Source of the DNA: Gaiellaceae bacterium
GTDB taxonomy: Bacteria; Actinomycetota; Thermoleophilia; Gaiellales; Gaiellaceae
Assembly: GCA_035698665.1 (NCBI GenBank)
Contig: DASSBN010000013.1
Location: 15,290-79,289 of the forward strand
DNA: 64,000 bases
Reading direction: 5' to 3'
The position numbers and the translations under genes are program-made. Positions within the stretch are counted from its first letter, which is position 1; each line of letters begins with the position of its first letter. Below the pieces are notes generated by a model. The model was not told where the DNA came from. It made no database searches and saw nothing but the letters and a program-made list of their open reading frames with translations. Shown here one piece after another: positions 31,701-37,929 of this stretch.

Positions 31701-33950
31701 GGGGAAGGTCGTCGTCGAAGACGGCTCGGCCGTGTCGACCGTCCACGTGTAGCTGGCCGCCGAGCCGTCGGTGTTCCCGGCTCCGTCAGTGCTTCGCACC
31801 TGAAAGGAGTGACTGCCGTCGGAGAGCGGGCCCGCGTAGCTCTTCGGGCTCGTGCACGCGGTGTAGCCGCCGCCGTCGAGCTGGCACTCGAAGGTCGAGC
31901 CGCCCTCCGTCGAGGAGAAGCTGAAGCTCGCGCTCGTGGAGGTCGTGGGGTCGGCGGGGTTCGCCGTGATCGATGTGTTCGGTGCCGCGGTGTCGATCGT
32001 GAAGGAGCGGCTCGCCGGCGCCTCGACGAGCGAGACGTTGTCCGTCGCGCGCACTCGGATCGTGTAGCTGCCATCCGCGGGGAAGCTCGAAGCCGGAAAG
32101 GTGTACGACCAGTTGCCGGCCGAGAGGGAGGTCGTGTTCCAGACCTCGCTCGCGCTCGAGAAGGAGCCGGCGCTCCAGTAGTTGCCTGCGCCCTGGCGAA
32201 TGGAGATCTCGACCTTCTGGACTCCCGAGCCGTTGGCGCCGTCGCCGTAGGTGCCGCAGAAGCCGTTGGTGGCGCAGCCGGCGTTCCAGCCCGCGGCGTT
32301 GTACGTGCCGCTCGCGGAGGGGAACGTGGTCGTCGACGTCGGCGCGTTGTTGTCGATCCGCCGGTTCGAGATGGTCGCCGAGTTTGCGGTGTTGCCGGCG
32401 CCGTCTGTGGCGACCGCGCGCAGGTCGTAGAGGCCGTCGCCGACTGCGGTCGTGTCGAAGGAGACCGAGTACGGGGAGGTCGTGTCTGCGGCGCCGACGT
32501 TCGTCCAGGTGCCCGCGCCCGCAGGCGAGCGCTGGAACTGCACCGACGCGACGTATGAGTCGGCATCGCTCGCAGCCGAGGTCTGCAGCGTGATCGTGCC
32601 GGTGACAGGCGAGCCCGGATCGCTCAACGTCACGCTCGGGGCGACGTCGTCGACGTGGAAGGCCGCCTGATGCGCATACACGCGCGCCGAAACGGTCGAG
32701 GTCGCGCTCGCGTTGCCGGTAGCTCCCGCGGTCACCTGGATCTTGTCCGCAGTCGAGGCGCTGATCCCCGTCGTATTGACGTCGCCGCGCTCGTTCCACC
32801 CGGTCGGGGGCGTGTAGGTCGAGTTGCTCGCGCTGCCGAAGAAGGCGAGCACGATGTCGTCGTTCGCCGTCGTCGTGATGCTATTCGCCGTCACCGTCGT
32901 CGTGTTGTTCGTGCTCACGACCGTGCCGGGCAGGTCGAGGGGCGCGCTCGACTTGACGCCGTAGTACGCAGTCACCGTGGCGGCGGCCGCCTGGGCGCCC
33001 GTCCAGGTGAACGAGTAGGAGGCGGGCTCCGACCCGCCCGCGATCTTGTAGAAGCTCGCCTGCGTGGCCTGGTTCGCTGACGTGCCCGAGGCGACCGCCG
33101 TCCAGCCCGATCCGGCCACGGTGGACGTGACGTTCCCGGTCACCATCACGTGGGCGACGAGGAGGTCATTCGCCTGGACGCCGGCGGGTTTGTTCACCGT
33201 CACCGACGTGCCGCTCGCCTGCGTCCCGGTCAGCGTGGCGCGGTGCGTGACGGCCGGGTCGATGACGTAGGGGAGCGGGAGCCCGGAGTCGTCGAGGCGA
33301 AGCGTCAGCCACCAGCTGCCGTTCCGCTGTTCGACGCCCCAGCGCAGGCCGTTGGGGGTGATGTCGTCGCCCTGGGCGTCGAGGATCGCGACGGGCGCGA
33401 TCGAGACGTCGGTGAGCTTGTGCAGCTTCGTGTCGAGGAACGCGACGGCGCCGTCGTCTCCGACGCGCGGAATCTGGGCCGTGTCGATCTTCCAGTGCCA
33501 CGTGCGCAGGCCCTGCCGTTCCCGGATGGTGAGGAACTGCTCGAGCGTGGGGCCGTCGACGAGGATCGTCTCGGCGCCGACTGCGGTCGGGCGCGAAACG
33601 CCGTTTTCGAAGTGATGCCAGTCGCCCGCCTCGGCGCCCTGCGTCGAGAGCGTGACCGTGGCGTTCCGGCTGCGGATGCGGAAGCTCGAGTCGTCGATCG
33701 CGAGCTCGACACCCGGCTGCGGGTGCCGCACGAGCGGAGCCTCGGACTCGGCTGCGCCGAGCGCATCTTCCAAAAACGCCGGCGGTGCCCCGGAGCGCGT
33801 CGCCCCGCCGAGTTGCAGGACGGCCATGAAGACCGCAGCCGCAAGGGCCGCGAGCGCCGCCAGCCGCACCGGCGATGCGCTGCGCAAAACGGCGACACGC
33901 TCGGCCTCCGCCGAGCGCTCACCGGGCCGCAGTTCCGGAAAGTTCGTCAT
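19752..33950 (-). CDS. giant (4,732 aa) repeat-rich cell-surface protein: N-terminal signal anchor, arrays of Ig-like modules, FN3, PASTA, Pro-rich spacer, C-terminal TM
   Basis: A single uninterrupted 14.2 kb frame with consistent GC3. Module families are visible by eye (8 GFCGTY-type and about 11 TWTVD-type, among others). Confidence 0.9.
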   Translation of the reverse strand: MTNFPELRPGERSAEAERVAVLRSASPVRLAALAALAAAVFMAVLQLGGATRSGAPPAFLEDALGAAESEAPLVRHPQPGVELAIDDSSFRIRSRNATVTLSTQGAEAGDWHHFENGVSRPTAVGAETILVDGPTLEQFLTIRERQGLRTWHWKIDTAQIPRVGDDGAVAFLDTKLHKLTDVSIAPVAILDAQGDDITPNGLRWGVEQRNGSWWLTLRLDDSGLPLPYVIDPAVTHRATLTGTQASGTSVTVNKPAGVQANDLLVAHVMVTGNVTSTVAGSGWTAVASGTSANQATQASFYKIAGGSEPASYSFTWTGAQAAAATVTAYYGVKSSAPLDLPGTVVSTNNTTTVTANSITTTANDDIVLAFFGSASNSTYTPPTGWNERGDVNTTGISASTADKIQVTAGATGNASATSTVSARVYAHQAAFHVDDVAPSVTLSDPGSPVTGTITLQTSAASDADSYVASVQFQRSPAGAGTWTNVGAADTTSPYSVSFDTTAVGDGLYDLRAVATDGAGNTANSATISNRRIDNNAPTSTTTFPSASGTYNAAGWNAGCATNGFCGTYGDGANGSGVQKVEISIRQGAGNYWSAGSFSSASEVWNTTSLSAGNWSYTFPASSFPADGSYTIRVRATDNVSLVEAPASRSFTIDTAAPNTSITANPADPTTSTSASFSFSSTEGGSTFECQLDGGGYTACTSPKSYAGPLSDGSHSFQVRSTDGAGNTDGSAASYTWTVDTAEPSSTTTFPGSGATYSTSGWNGGCATNGFCGTYSDGVGGSGVQKVEISIRQGAGNYWSAGSFSSASEVWNTTSLSAGNWSYTFPASSFPADGSYTIRVRATDNVSLAESPSSRSFTIDRTAPNTTIDSNPSDPTSSTSASFSFSSTEGGSTFACQLDGGGYSACTSPKSYAGPLGQGSHTFTVRATDGAGNTDGTPATYTWTVDSVAPSSATTFPASAANYTTSGWNAGCATIGFCGTYSDATSGVQKVEISIRQGSGNYWSAGSFSSAGEVWNTASLSGGNWSYAFSAASFPADGSYTIRVRATDNATNVESPSSRSFSYDATAPNTIIDSNPADPSSSANASFTFSSTEGSSTFECELDGGGFSSCSSPKSYSSLAEGSHTFKVRATDQAGNTDATPAQFTWTVDTVAPATTIDSSPSLTSNSAAATFTFSSTEGSSTFECELDGGGFSSCSSPKNYSGLAEGSHTFKVRATDQAGNVDATPAQFTWTVDTVNPSAVFTFPASGANYDGTGWGAGCATAGFCGTYSDATSGVQGVEISIRQGTGNYWNGTTFGSATEVFQTATTGGGDWSYAFPASSFPAGGSYTVHVRATDNAGNTETGPSRTFTYDTTPPETTIDSNPSDPSTSADATFTFSADEGGSTFACELDGGGFSACTSPKNYSSLAEGSHTFKVRSTDGAGNTDPTPAQFTWTVDTVAPSSTTSFPASGGKYNASGWDAGCATVGFCGTYSDATSGVQKVEISIRRGSGNYWNGSAFASAGEVWNLAGLSGGDWSYALSTTDFPADGSYTIRVKATDNAGNGETPASRSFTYDTADPSALFSFPASGGDYANAAWDAGCATAGFCGTYSDTTAGVQAVEISIRRGSGNYWNGTSFGSASEVFQTASLSGGNWSYDFAAAGFPADGSYTVHVRATDNASNTEPGPSRTFRIDNANPSAAFSFPASGGAYADSGWNAGCATSGFCGTYSDATSGVQAVDVSIRRVGTGLYWNGSAFSSGSEDFQAASLAGGNWTYALPASSFPADGSYTVHIRATDNAGNSETGPSRSFTIDNVAPNAAIDSGPSDPSASADATFEFSADEGGSTFECELDGGGFSACTSPKTYTSLSDGSHTFKVRSTDAAGNTDATPAELTWSVDTAAPSSSVSFPGAGAFYHTSTWNAGCTPAGFCGTYSDATSGVQKVELSIKRLGTGLYWNGSAFSSGSELFFTTALSAGDWSYAFGAASFPVDDDYTVRVKATDNADNAESPSTRTFTFDATDPTGSLTAPANGAAVSGNAVTVSSDSADAGSGVALATFERRPSGGGSWTTIATDGSAPYSVDWDTTALADGDYDLRVTTDDESGNSFSSATRTVTVDNTNPSSATLDALPGAISNGQALTGSGADSGSGVASLSYYFCPGPPCSPSTLIGSSSTGPSYSVTWSSQPADGDYQVLVRVADRAGNTLDSTKQTVTVDNTDPTGSLTAPADTAQVSGTVAVSSDSDDSGSGVASAAFQRRPAGGGSWTTIATDTTDPYSVSWDTTPLGDGDYDLRVLTTDAAGNSFSSATRTVSVDNHAPTVSITAPGAYVNGAAADPFTVTATSPDTDIASVEFFVCDNQSANCSTGSWDSLGAPDTTAPYTASWDVLGDGNQALRAIITDNASNTGSDVVSTLVDRTDPTGSVTSPTGGAFLSGTVSVSSDSDDAGSGAVSALFERRPAGGGTWTAIDTDTSSPYSVSWDTSALNGDFDLHVVTTDAAGNTHTSAALTVTVDSTAPSAPVISLSESSPHAFVSGQTIFVDTGQSGSYDVSATSSDAQSGIEKIRFPGGSDDFTSPYEASYGFGALSGSQTVTSYNGSGLTASDTFTVTPDTTGPSAFSLTAPGAGDSIADGQTVSASPGDAGSGIDTVEFRYCAGSSCSFSSGTAIGAPDSAAPYSVAWSGQPADGTYTIVARATDNVGNATDSAERTVSVDNTGPSSVLSVNEGTRSDLQYFDSATDTYYYNPAATGDFTLHDVASDPAGVASVDFAAIADTGFSGSAKSDTSFPYDSNTYTFTTGSASAPATQAVVVTDALGNATNDSFDLVRDVTAPTGGSVTYTDGYDADGDVVVSTADGNDTGAGVDGSSGVLERRTSALTDGSCGSFSGGWTPVTSPDSVTSGECAQYRYRVFDRVGNEAIYTSGSVVQVDLSAPSGPALTLSESSAWAFVSGTTVYLNTAQAGSYDVDATTDDAQSGIDQVSFPAGQDDATSPYQATYAFGDLSGSQTVTAENGAGLTASSSFTVTSDTAAPTGGSVTYADGYDADGQVTISTSDGNDALSGVDASSGILESRTSALSDGSCAGFAGGWTTVTSPDTVATGTCAQYRYRVSDNVGNEAVYSSGNVVKVDTSGPATPVISLSESSPHAFVSGQTIFVDTGQSGSYDVSATSSDAQSGIEKIRFPGTTDDFTSPYEASYGFGALSGSQTVTAYSNAGLTASDTFTVTPDTTDPSTTDDTGTIGSAWRNAPVTVTLSPSDGGAGLAATYYTTDGSVPTTSSAQGTSVDLTSNGVYTVKYFSVDRVGNAEPVQTASTQIRIDQTDPSAPALTLGESSPYAHVVGTTIYVQTGQSGTYTVAATSNDPLSGIAKIAFPGGVDDSASPYQTIYALGDLAGTQTVTAHDDAGNTSSSTFDATADDDAPLGGSVTYADGYDADGQVTISTSNGTDALSGVDASSGVLERRTSALTDGTCAAFAGGWTTVTGPDTVATDTCAEYRYRVFDNVSNEAIYTSGNIVKVDQTAPNTSIGSTPGDPTNATGASFTFSATETGSTFECELDGGGFTSCTSPKSYAGLAEGSHTFKVRATDIAGNTDSSPAQFTWTVDTSEPNTSIGSTPSDPTSAADADFTFDSSEGGSTFECELDGGGFTSCTSPKSYSGLADGSHSFNVRSTDIAGNTDASPAQFTWAVDTSAPNTTIDVSPADPDSSPNPSFEFSSSEGSSTFECELDGGGFTSCTSPKSYSGLADGSHTFQVRSTDQAGNTDATPASYTWSVNAGAPTVSITAPSGFVNLADADPFTVSATSPDGDVAGVEFFSCSDASNDCSSGSWVSLGSDAAAPYTASWPLPADGNAALRAVATDVGTNTGEDVLNVTVDRTRPVTSIDSAPSDPTSATGASFDFSGSEGGVGFECRLDGGSFGPCASPKSYSSLAEGTHTFDVQATDAAGNAEATPQTHTWTVDTTAPDTSITATPSDPSASPSADFSFTSTEGGSSFECRLDGGVFAACADPASYTGLADGSHTFRVRATDIAGNTDGSAAVYTWTLDATAPGGGLTDPGSPLRRTVGLSASPSDSGVGVQQVVFQSSPADAGTWSDIAIDTTSPYTADWDTTGVADGLYDLRIVVTDNASNTAASAVLEDRLVDNTDPIASMDDPGAYLSGTVNLTSTTGDSGSGVASVTYQRSPAGANTWTTVSATWNTTGVADGLYDLRVRVTDNAGNATTSAAVVDRRVDNTAPALASSAPSDGSNVTAAGSLAVTANEDLADVFASDIDGSSVAGVATGATVTFTQAFAPGPHTLSGELEDLAGNRTPIRVHFTVWNTTGGDYPYTEKNSFASSAMTVAATNGVGQLHIPAGAWSGAPAGDWLVAKVDPQSAGAVASGFSAEGDVYDVSAYWALSGGAVTSFDEPIELTLTNGAGNVVPAFLNGSAWQPIARLSGTTLPESMQQGFYKDGDTVHLLTRSADSFMLLRDLVAPTKPKSFKGKSVSGRLVLSWKASTDSSGLVDAYLVYVNGTLAQTLGSSTLSVDMGAFSQKDARSFQVAARDAAGNVSAKTPALVVVPKVANMPLAKAKKALTKRGLKAGKLTYVFSSVPKGSVVAAGKSGLTARGSAVPLKVSKGRAARTSDTGSGTTTPPPAYQPPTYQPPTSPPPVTTPPSSAPPTDSPPTGGDPIDPTAGGAAGAGAAEPESFNQSEVSSARRTAGLVLLAGLFLGAGAMVLRARRRLIPPVARAEALDGPILFWDERLVRSTASALRRAFAALGR
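19887..19943 (-). other. C-terminal TM segment of the giant protein, followed by RARRR and a ~45-aa tail
   Basis: TAGLVLLAGLFLGAGAMVL, then RARRRLIPP... Confidence 0.7.
20187..20369 (-). other. PASTA-like domain of the giant protein
   Basis: VVPKVANMPLAKAKKALTKRGLKAGKLTYVFSSVPKGSVVAAGKSGLTARGSAVPLKVSKG fits the PASTA pattern VPxVxGxxxxxAxxxLxxxGLxxG...VxxGxVxxxxPxxGxxxxxGxxVxLxVSxG. Confidence 0.6.
20370..20630 (-). other. fibronectin type III-like domain of the giant protein (approximate)
   Basis: PTKPKSFKGKSVSGRLVLSWKASTDSSGLVDAYLVYVNG..SFQVAARDAAGNVS follows the FN3 pattern. Confidence 0.6.
21900..23485 (-). repeat. second array of B-type (FECxLDGG...TWTVD) modules (approximate bounds)
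   Basis: Five further B-type modules, interrupted by one Ig-like module with the VEFF(S/V)C motif. Confidence 0.75.
27965..32345 (-). repeat. alternating A/B Ig-like module array inside the giant gene (approximate bounds)
   Basis: A modules are about 100 aa: FPxSGxxY..GWNAGCATxGFCGTYSD..GVQKVEISIRxGxGNYW..FPADGSYTxxVRATDN. B modules are about 85-100 aa: PNTxIxSxPxDP..FxFSSTEGxSTFECxLDGGGFxxCxSPKxY..GSHTFxVRxTDxAGNxD..TWTVDT. Confidence 0.8.
33810..33869 (-). other. N-terminal signal-anchor/TM segment of the giant protein
   Basis: VRLAALAALAAAVFMAVLQL (aa ~28-47), preceded by charged residues. Confidence 0.7.
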
Positions 33951-34153
33951 GTGGTCTCAGTCCTCGGGCGCCCTACACCGCGCGCGATTCCTGGACGGGA
34001 CATCGTCCGGCCAGGGGGTGGAGCGGCCTCGATTCGGTATGAGAAAGGACTGAACTGCCCGAACTTCCCTCGTTCGAGGGAGCTTTGGCGCCGGAACTTG
34101 AAGAAGACGCGGCCGGCGGCCAGAATCAGGGAAACCCCGCGAAGGAGAAGACC

Positions 34154-34699
34154 ATGCGGCACACCACGAGAACAGCGGTTCTCTTTTTTTCGCTTCTGCT
34201 CTTGACTACAGGCAGCACGGCCCTGGCAACAGATGGCGACTGGGCGTCTGCAGTGGACGCGGCCCAGGTAGTGGACCCGGCGATCGCTCCTCCGACGAGC
34301 GTGGCGGGCGACATCCGCGCGGTGGGTGGCGGAGACATCCTCGGGGCCGGCACCACCGGCAACTTCGCCTTCAGCGGCTCCCGCAAGGACGGTGTGGCGA
34401 GCGGGAAGCTCACGCTGATCGGCTCACAGGGCCAGGTGTTCCACGCCGACCTCGTCTGCATCGAGGCGACGGTGCTTCCGGACGGGACGAAGCTCGCCCG
34501 CCTCGTCGGCCGGCTCACCGAGCCGGTGTTCGCCTCTCAGTCGCTCCTCTTCAACGTGAGCGACACCGGCCTTCCCGGAGGCGAAGGAGACACCTTTTCC
34601 GGTGGCCTTCCGGCCGCCGCTCCGGAGGACGTCCCCTGCGAGCCGACGCCGGGCATCGACCCGATCGCGCACGGCAACATCTCGATCCGCCTCGACTGA
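34154..34699 (+). CDS. secreted hypothetical protein
   Basis: GAAGGAG ribosome-binding site at 34141-34147 and ATG at 34154. Signal peptide MRHTTRTAVLFFSLLLLTTGSTALA. The track ORF start at 34085 was rejected. Confidence 0.7.
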   Translation: MRHTTRTAVLFFSLLLLTTGSTALATDGDWASAVDAAQVVDPAIAPPTSVAGDIRAVGGGDILGAGTTGNFAFSGSRKDGVASGKLTLIGSQGQVFHADLVCIEATVLPDGTKLARLVGRLTEPVFASQSLLFNVSDTGLPGGEGDTFSGGLPAAAPEDVPCEPTPGIDPIAHGNISIRLD

Positions 34700-34741
34700 A
34701 AGCGGCAGAGGGCGCGCCGACGGCGCGTAGAATCACTCCGC

Positions 34742-36406
34742 ATGGCGACAGCGGAGGAACGGAGGCGCGCCCTCGCCACCGACGAGTGGCGGCGTGCGCT
34801 CTACGAGCGAAGCCCGGAGCGCGACGGGCTCTTCACGACGATCTCGGGGCTCGAGAACGAGCCGCTCTACACGCCTGACCAGGTCGCGATCGACTACGAC
34901 CGCGATCTCGGCTACCCCGGCGCGTTTCCGTACACGCGAGGCGTCTATCCATCGATGTACCGCGGCCGCCTCTGGACGATGCGGCAGTTCGCCGGCTTCG
35001 GCACCGCCGAGGAGACGAACGCGCGCTTCCGCTATCTGCTCGACCACGGTCAGACGGGGCTCTCGACGGCCTTCGACATGCCCACGCTGATGGGGTACGA
35101 CTCCGACCACGCGAGATCGCTCGGCGAGGTCGGGCGGGAGGGGGTCGCGATCGACTCCCTCGAGGACATGGAGCACCTCTTCGCCGGGATCCCGCTCGGC
35201 GAGGTCTCGACGTCCATGACGATCAACGCGCCCGCGGCGATGCTCCTCGCCTTCTACATCTGCGTCGCCGAGGAGCAGGGCGTCCCGCAGGACCGTCTGC
35301 GCGGCACGATCCAGACCGACATCCTCAAGGAGTACATCGCGCAGAAGGAGTGGATCTTTCCGCCGGAGCCCTCGATGCGGCTCTGCGTGGACATGATCGA
35401 GTACTGCGCGCGCAACGTCCCGCTCTGGCATCCGGTCTCCATCTCCGGCTACCACATCCGCGAGGCGGGCTCGACCGCGGCCCAGGAGCTCGCCTTCACG
35501 CTCGCCGACGGGTTCGCGTACGTCGAGGCCGGGATCGAGCGAGGCCTCGACGTCGACGACTTCGCACCGCGGCTCTCCTTCTTCTTCAACGCGCACATCG
35601 ACTTCTTCGAAGAGGTCGCGAAGTACCGCGCCGCCCGGAGGATCTGGGCGAAGGAGCTGCGCGAGCGCTACGGGGCCAAGAACCCGCGCTCGTGGCTCAT
35701 GCGCTTCCATGCGCAGACCGCCGGCGTGTCGCTCACGGCGCAGCAGCCCGAGGTGAACATCGTGCGCACCGCGCTCGAGGCGCTCGCAGCCGTTCTCGGC
35801 GGCTGCCAGTCGCTGCACACGAACTCCTTCGACGAGGCGCTCGCACTTCCGACCGAGCACGCCGTCAAGCTCGCCCTGCGCACGCAGCAGGTGATCGCCC
35901 ACGAGACCGGCGTGGCGAGCACCATCGACCCGCTCGGCGGCTCCTACTACCTCGAGGACCTGACCAACAGGCTCGAACAGGAGGCCTACGACTACTTCGG
36001 GCGCATCCGCGATCTCGGCGGGGTGGTCGAGGCGATCAAGGAGAACTTCTTCCAGCGCGAGATCGCCGAGGCGTCCTTCCGGTTCCAGAGCGAGGTCGAG
36101 TCCGGTGACCGCGTGATCGTCGGAGTCAACCGCTACGGGGATCCCGACGAGCGCGAGATCGAGATCTTGAAGATCGACGAGGCGCTCGAGCTGAAGCAGG
36201 TCGAGCGCGTCCGAGCTCTCCGCGCCCGGCGCGACTCCGCCGCGGTCGAATCGGCGCTCGCCCGGCTCAAGCGCGACGCGGCCGAGGCCGACACCAACCT
36301 CATGCCGGCGATCATCGACGCCTCCCGCGCCTACGTGACGATGGGCGAGATGTGCGACGCCCTCCGAGGTGTGTGGGGGGTGTGGCGTGAGACTCCCGTT
36401 TTTTGA
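34742..36406 (+). CDS. methylmalonyl-CoA mutase family, catalytic (substrate-binding TIM barrel) subunit
   Basis: 554 aa with [33 protein letters not shown] and [10 protein letters not shown] blocks. It has no B12-binding domain, which is encoded separately at 43500. Confidence 0.95.
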   Translation: MATAEERRRALATDEWRRALYERSPERDGLFTTISGLENEPLYTPDQVAIDYDRDLGYPGAFPYTRGVYPSMYRGRLWTMRQFAGFGTAEETNARFRYLLDHGQTGLSTAFDMPTLMGYDSDHARSLGEVGREGVAIDSLEDMEHLFAGIPLGEVSTSMTINAPAAMLLAFYICVAEEQGVPQDRLRGTIQTDILKEYIAQKEWIFPPEPSMRLCVDMIEYCARNVPLWHPVSISGYHIREAGSTAAQELAFTLADGFAYVEAGIERGLDVDDFAPRLSFFFNAHIDFFEEVAKYRAARRIWAKELRERYGAKNPRSWLMRFHAQTAGVSLTAQQPEVNIVRTALEALAAVLGGCQSLHTNSFDEALALPTEHAVKLALRTQQVIAHETGVASTIDPLGGSYYLEDLTNRLEQEAYDYFGRIRDLGGVVEAIKENFFQREIAEASFRFQSEVESGDRVIVGVNRYGDPDEREIEILKIDEALELKQVERVRALRARRDSAAVESALARLKRDAAEADTNLMPAIIDASRAYVTMGEMCDALRGVWGVWRETPVF

Positions 36407-36476
36407 GAGCAGGGGGGTGGATGAGGGGGGCTTGCCCCCCTCATGGGGGGTCTGGCGGGAGACACCCGTCTTCTAG
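36375..36476 (+). repeat. duplicated mutase 3' end (two copies encoding GVWRETPVF-stop) flanking a palindrome
   Basis: Copy 1, 36375-36406: GGGGGGTGTGGCGTGAGACTCCCGTTTTTTGA. Copy 2, 36445-36476: GGGGGGTCTGGCGGGAGACACCCGTCTTCTAG. There are 7 differences. The five inside sense codons are all at third positions and synonymous. The other two convert the stop codon TGA to TAG. Confidence 0.8.
36421..36444. repeat. perfect 11-bp inverted repeat ATGAGGGGGGC-TT-GCCCCCCTCAT
   Basis: Read directly from the sequence. It lies between the two copies of the mutase 3' end. Confidence 0.9.
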
Positions 36477-36497
36477 GCCCTCTTTAATTCGAGGCGC

Positions 36498-37127
36498 ATG
36501 GGCAGCAACGGAAACCTGCTCTCGATCGAGGGCCTCAGCCGGCGCTTCGGCGCGAAGGAGGTCGTGCGCTCGCTCGACCTCTCGGTCGCACCGGGCCAGC
36601 GAGTGGCTCTCTGGGGGCCGAACGGTTCCGGGAAGAGCACCGTTCTCCGTTGCGTCGCCGGGACGCTCACCCCGTCGGCCGGCTCGGTTCACGTCGGCGG
36701 GCACCTGGCCGGCGAGCTCGCCGCACGCCGACTCGTGGGCGCGTCGCTCGCCCAGGAGCGCTCGTTCTACCTTCGGCTCAGCGGCAGGACGAACCTCCTC
36801 TTCTTCGCCCGTATCCGCTACGACGACAGACGTGAGGGGTCGCGCGCAGTCGACGGGCTCATCGAGGAGCTCGAGATCGCGGACATCGCCGCCACACGGG
36901 TCGACCGCTGCTCGACCGGGATGGTGCAGCAGCTGGGCATCGCTCGCGCGCTTCTCGGAGACCCGTCCGTGCTCCTGCTGGATGAGCCGACCCGGTCGCT
37001 CGACGCCGATGCGAGAGGCCGCCTGTGGGGGGCTCTCGGGCGTCGTCCTCATGCCGCCGCCCTGATCGCAACACACCTCGACGAGGACCTGAACCTTTGT
37101 GACGAGCGCGTTTCCTTTCCCGTTTAG
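36498..37127 (+). CDS. ABC transporter ATP-binding protein
   Basis: Walker A GPNGSGKST, signature CSTGMVQQL, Walker B LLLDEPT. GAGG ribosome-binding site before the ATG. Confidence 0.9.
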   Translation: MGSNGNLLSIEGLSRRFGAKEVVRSLDLSVAPGQRVALWGPNGSGKSTVLRCVAGTLTPSAGSVHVGGHLAGELAARRLVGASLAQERSFYLRLSGRTNLLFFARIRYDDRREGSRAVDGLIEELEIADIAATRVDRCSTGMVQQLGIARALLGDPSVLLLDEPTRSLDADARGRLWGALGRRPHAAALIATHLDEDLNLCDERVSFPV

Positions 37128-37926
37128 CGTCCCGCGCCTGGGCGTGATCGTGGCACTTGTTCGCCGCGACTACCTCGTGCAGCGCTCCTACCGGCTGGTC
37201 TTCGCGCTCGACCTCTTCTACGGGGTGGTCAACCTGCTCGTCTTCTACTTCATCTCGAAGACGTTCGATGAGACGACGGCCGACCTGAACGGGGCGCCGA
37301 GCTACTTCGCATTTGCTTCGATCGGCATCGCGATCACGATCGTCCTGCAAGCGGCCAGCGGTGGGCTCGCCCACCGGATTCGGGAGGAGCAGCTCACCGG
37401 CACCCTGGAGGCGCTGACCGCGCAACCCATCACGGTCTCCGAGCTCGCCTTCGGCCTCGCGTCGTTCCAGTTCGGCTTCGGAATGCTGCGCGCGGCGTTC
37501 TATCTGCTTCTGAGCGGGCTGTTCTTCGGCGTCGGCTACGAGAACGCCGACTGGGTCGGCTTCGTCACTGTCCTCCTCGCTTCCGGCGCAGCGCTCGCAA
37601 GCATCGGGGTCATCCTCGGTGCGCTCGTCCTGGTGCTCAAGCGAGGAGAGATCCTGACCGGCGCGGTGACGTTTGCCATGGGCCTCGTCAGCGGTGCGTT
37701 CTTCCCGGTCGCCGTCCTGCCGTCCTGGCTCCAGGCGATCGGCTCGATCATGCCCACCCGCTTTGCCTACGACGGCCTGCGCTCGGCGATCTTCGAAGGC
37801 GGGGGATGGGGCGGCGACGCGCTGGCGCTGATCGTCTTCGCCGTCATCGGGCTCCCGATCGGGGTGTTGTGTTTCAACCGCGGGCTGCTGCAATCCCGCC
37901 GAGCGGGCACGATCTCCCAGTACTGA
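37099..37926 (+). CDS. ABC-2-type transporter permease
   Basis: 275 aa with about 6 TM segments, immediately downstream of the ATPase gene. The start is uncertain, with GTG alternatives up to about 37150. Confidence 0.8.
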   Translation: MTSAFPFPFSVPRLGVIVALVRRDYLVQRSYRLVFALDLFYGVVNLLVFYFISKTFDETTADLNGAPSYFAFASIGIAITIVLQAASGGLAHRIREEQLTGTLEALTAQPITVSELAFGLASFQFGFGMLRAAFYLLLSGLFFGVGYENADWVGFVTVLLASGAALASIGVILGALVLVLKRGEILTGAVTFAMGLVSGAFFPVAVLPSWLQAIGSIMPTRFAYDGLRSAIFEGGGWGGDALALIVFAVIGLPIGVLCFNRGLLQSRRAGTISQY

Positions 37927-37929
37927 ACG

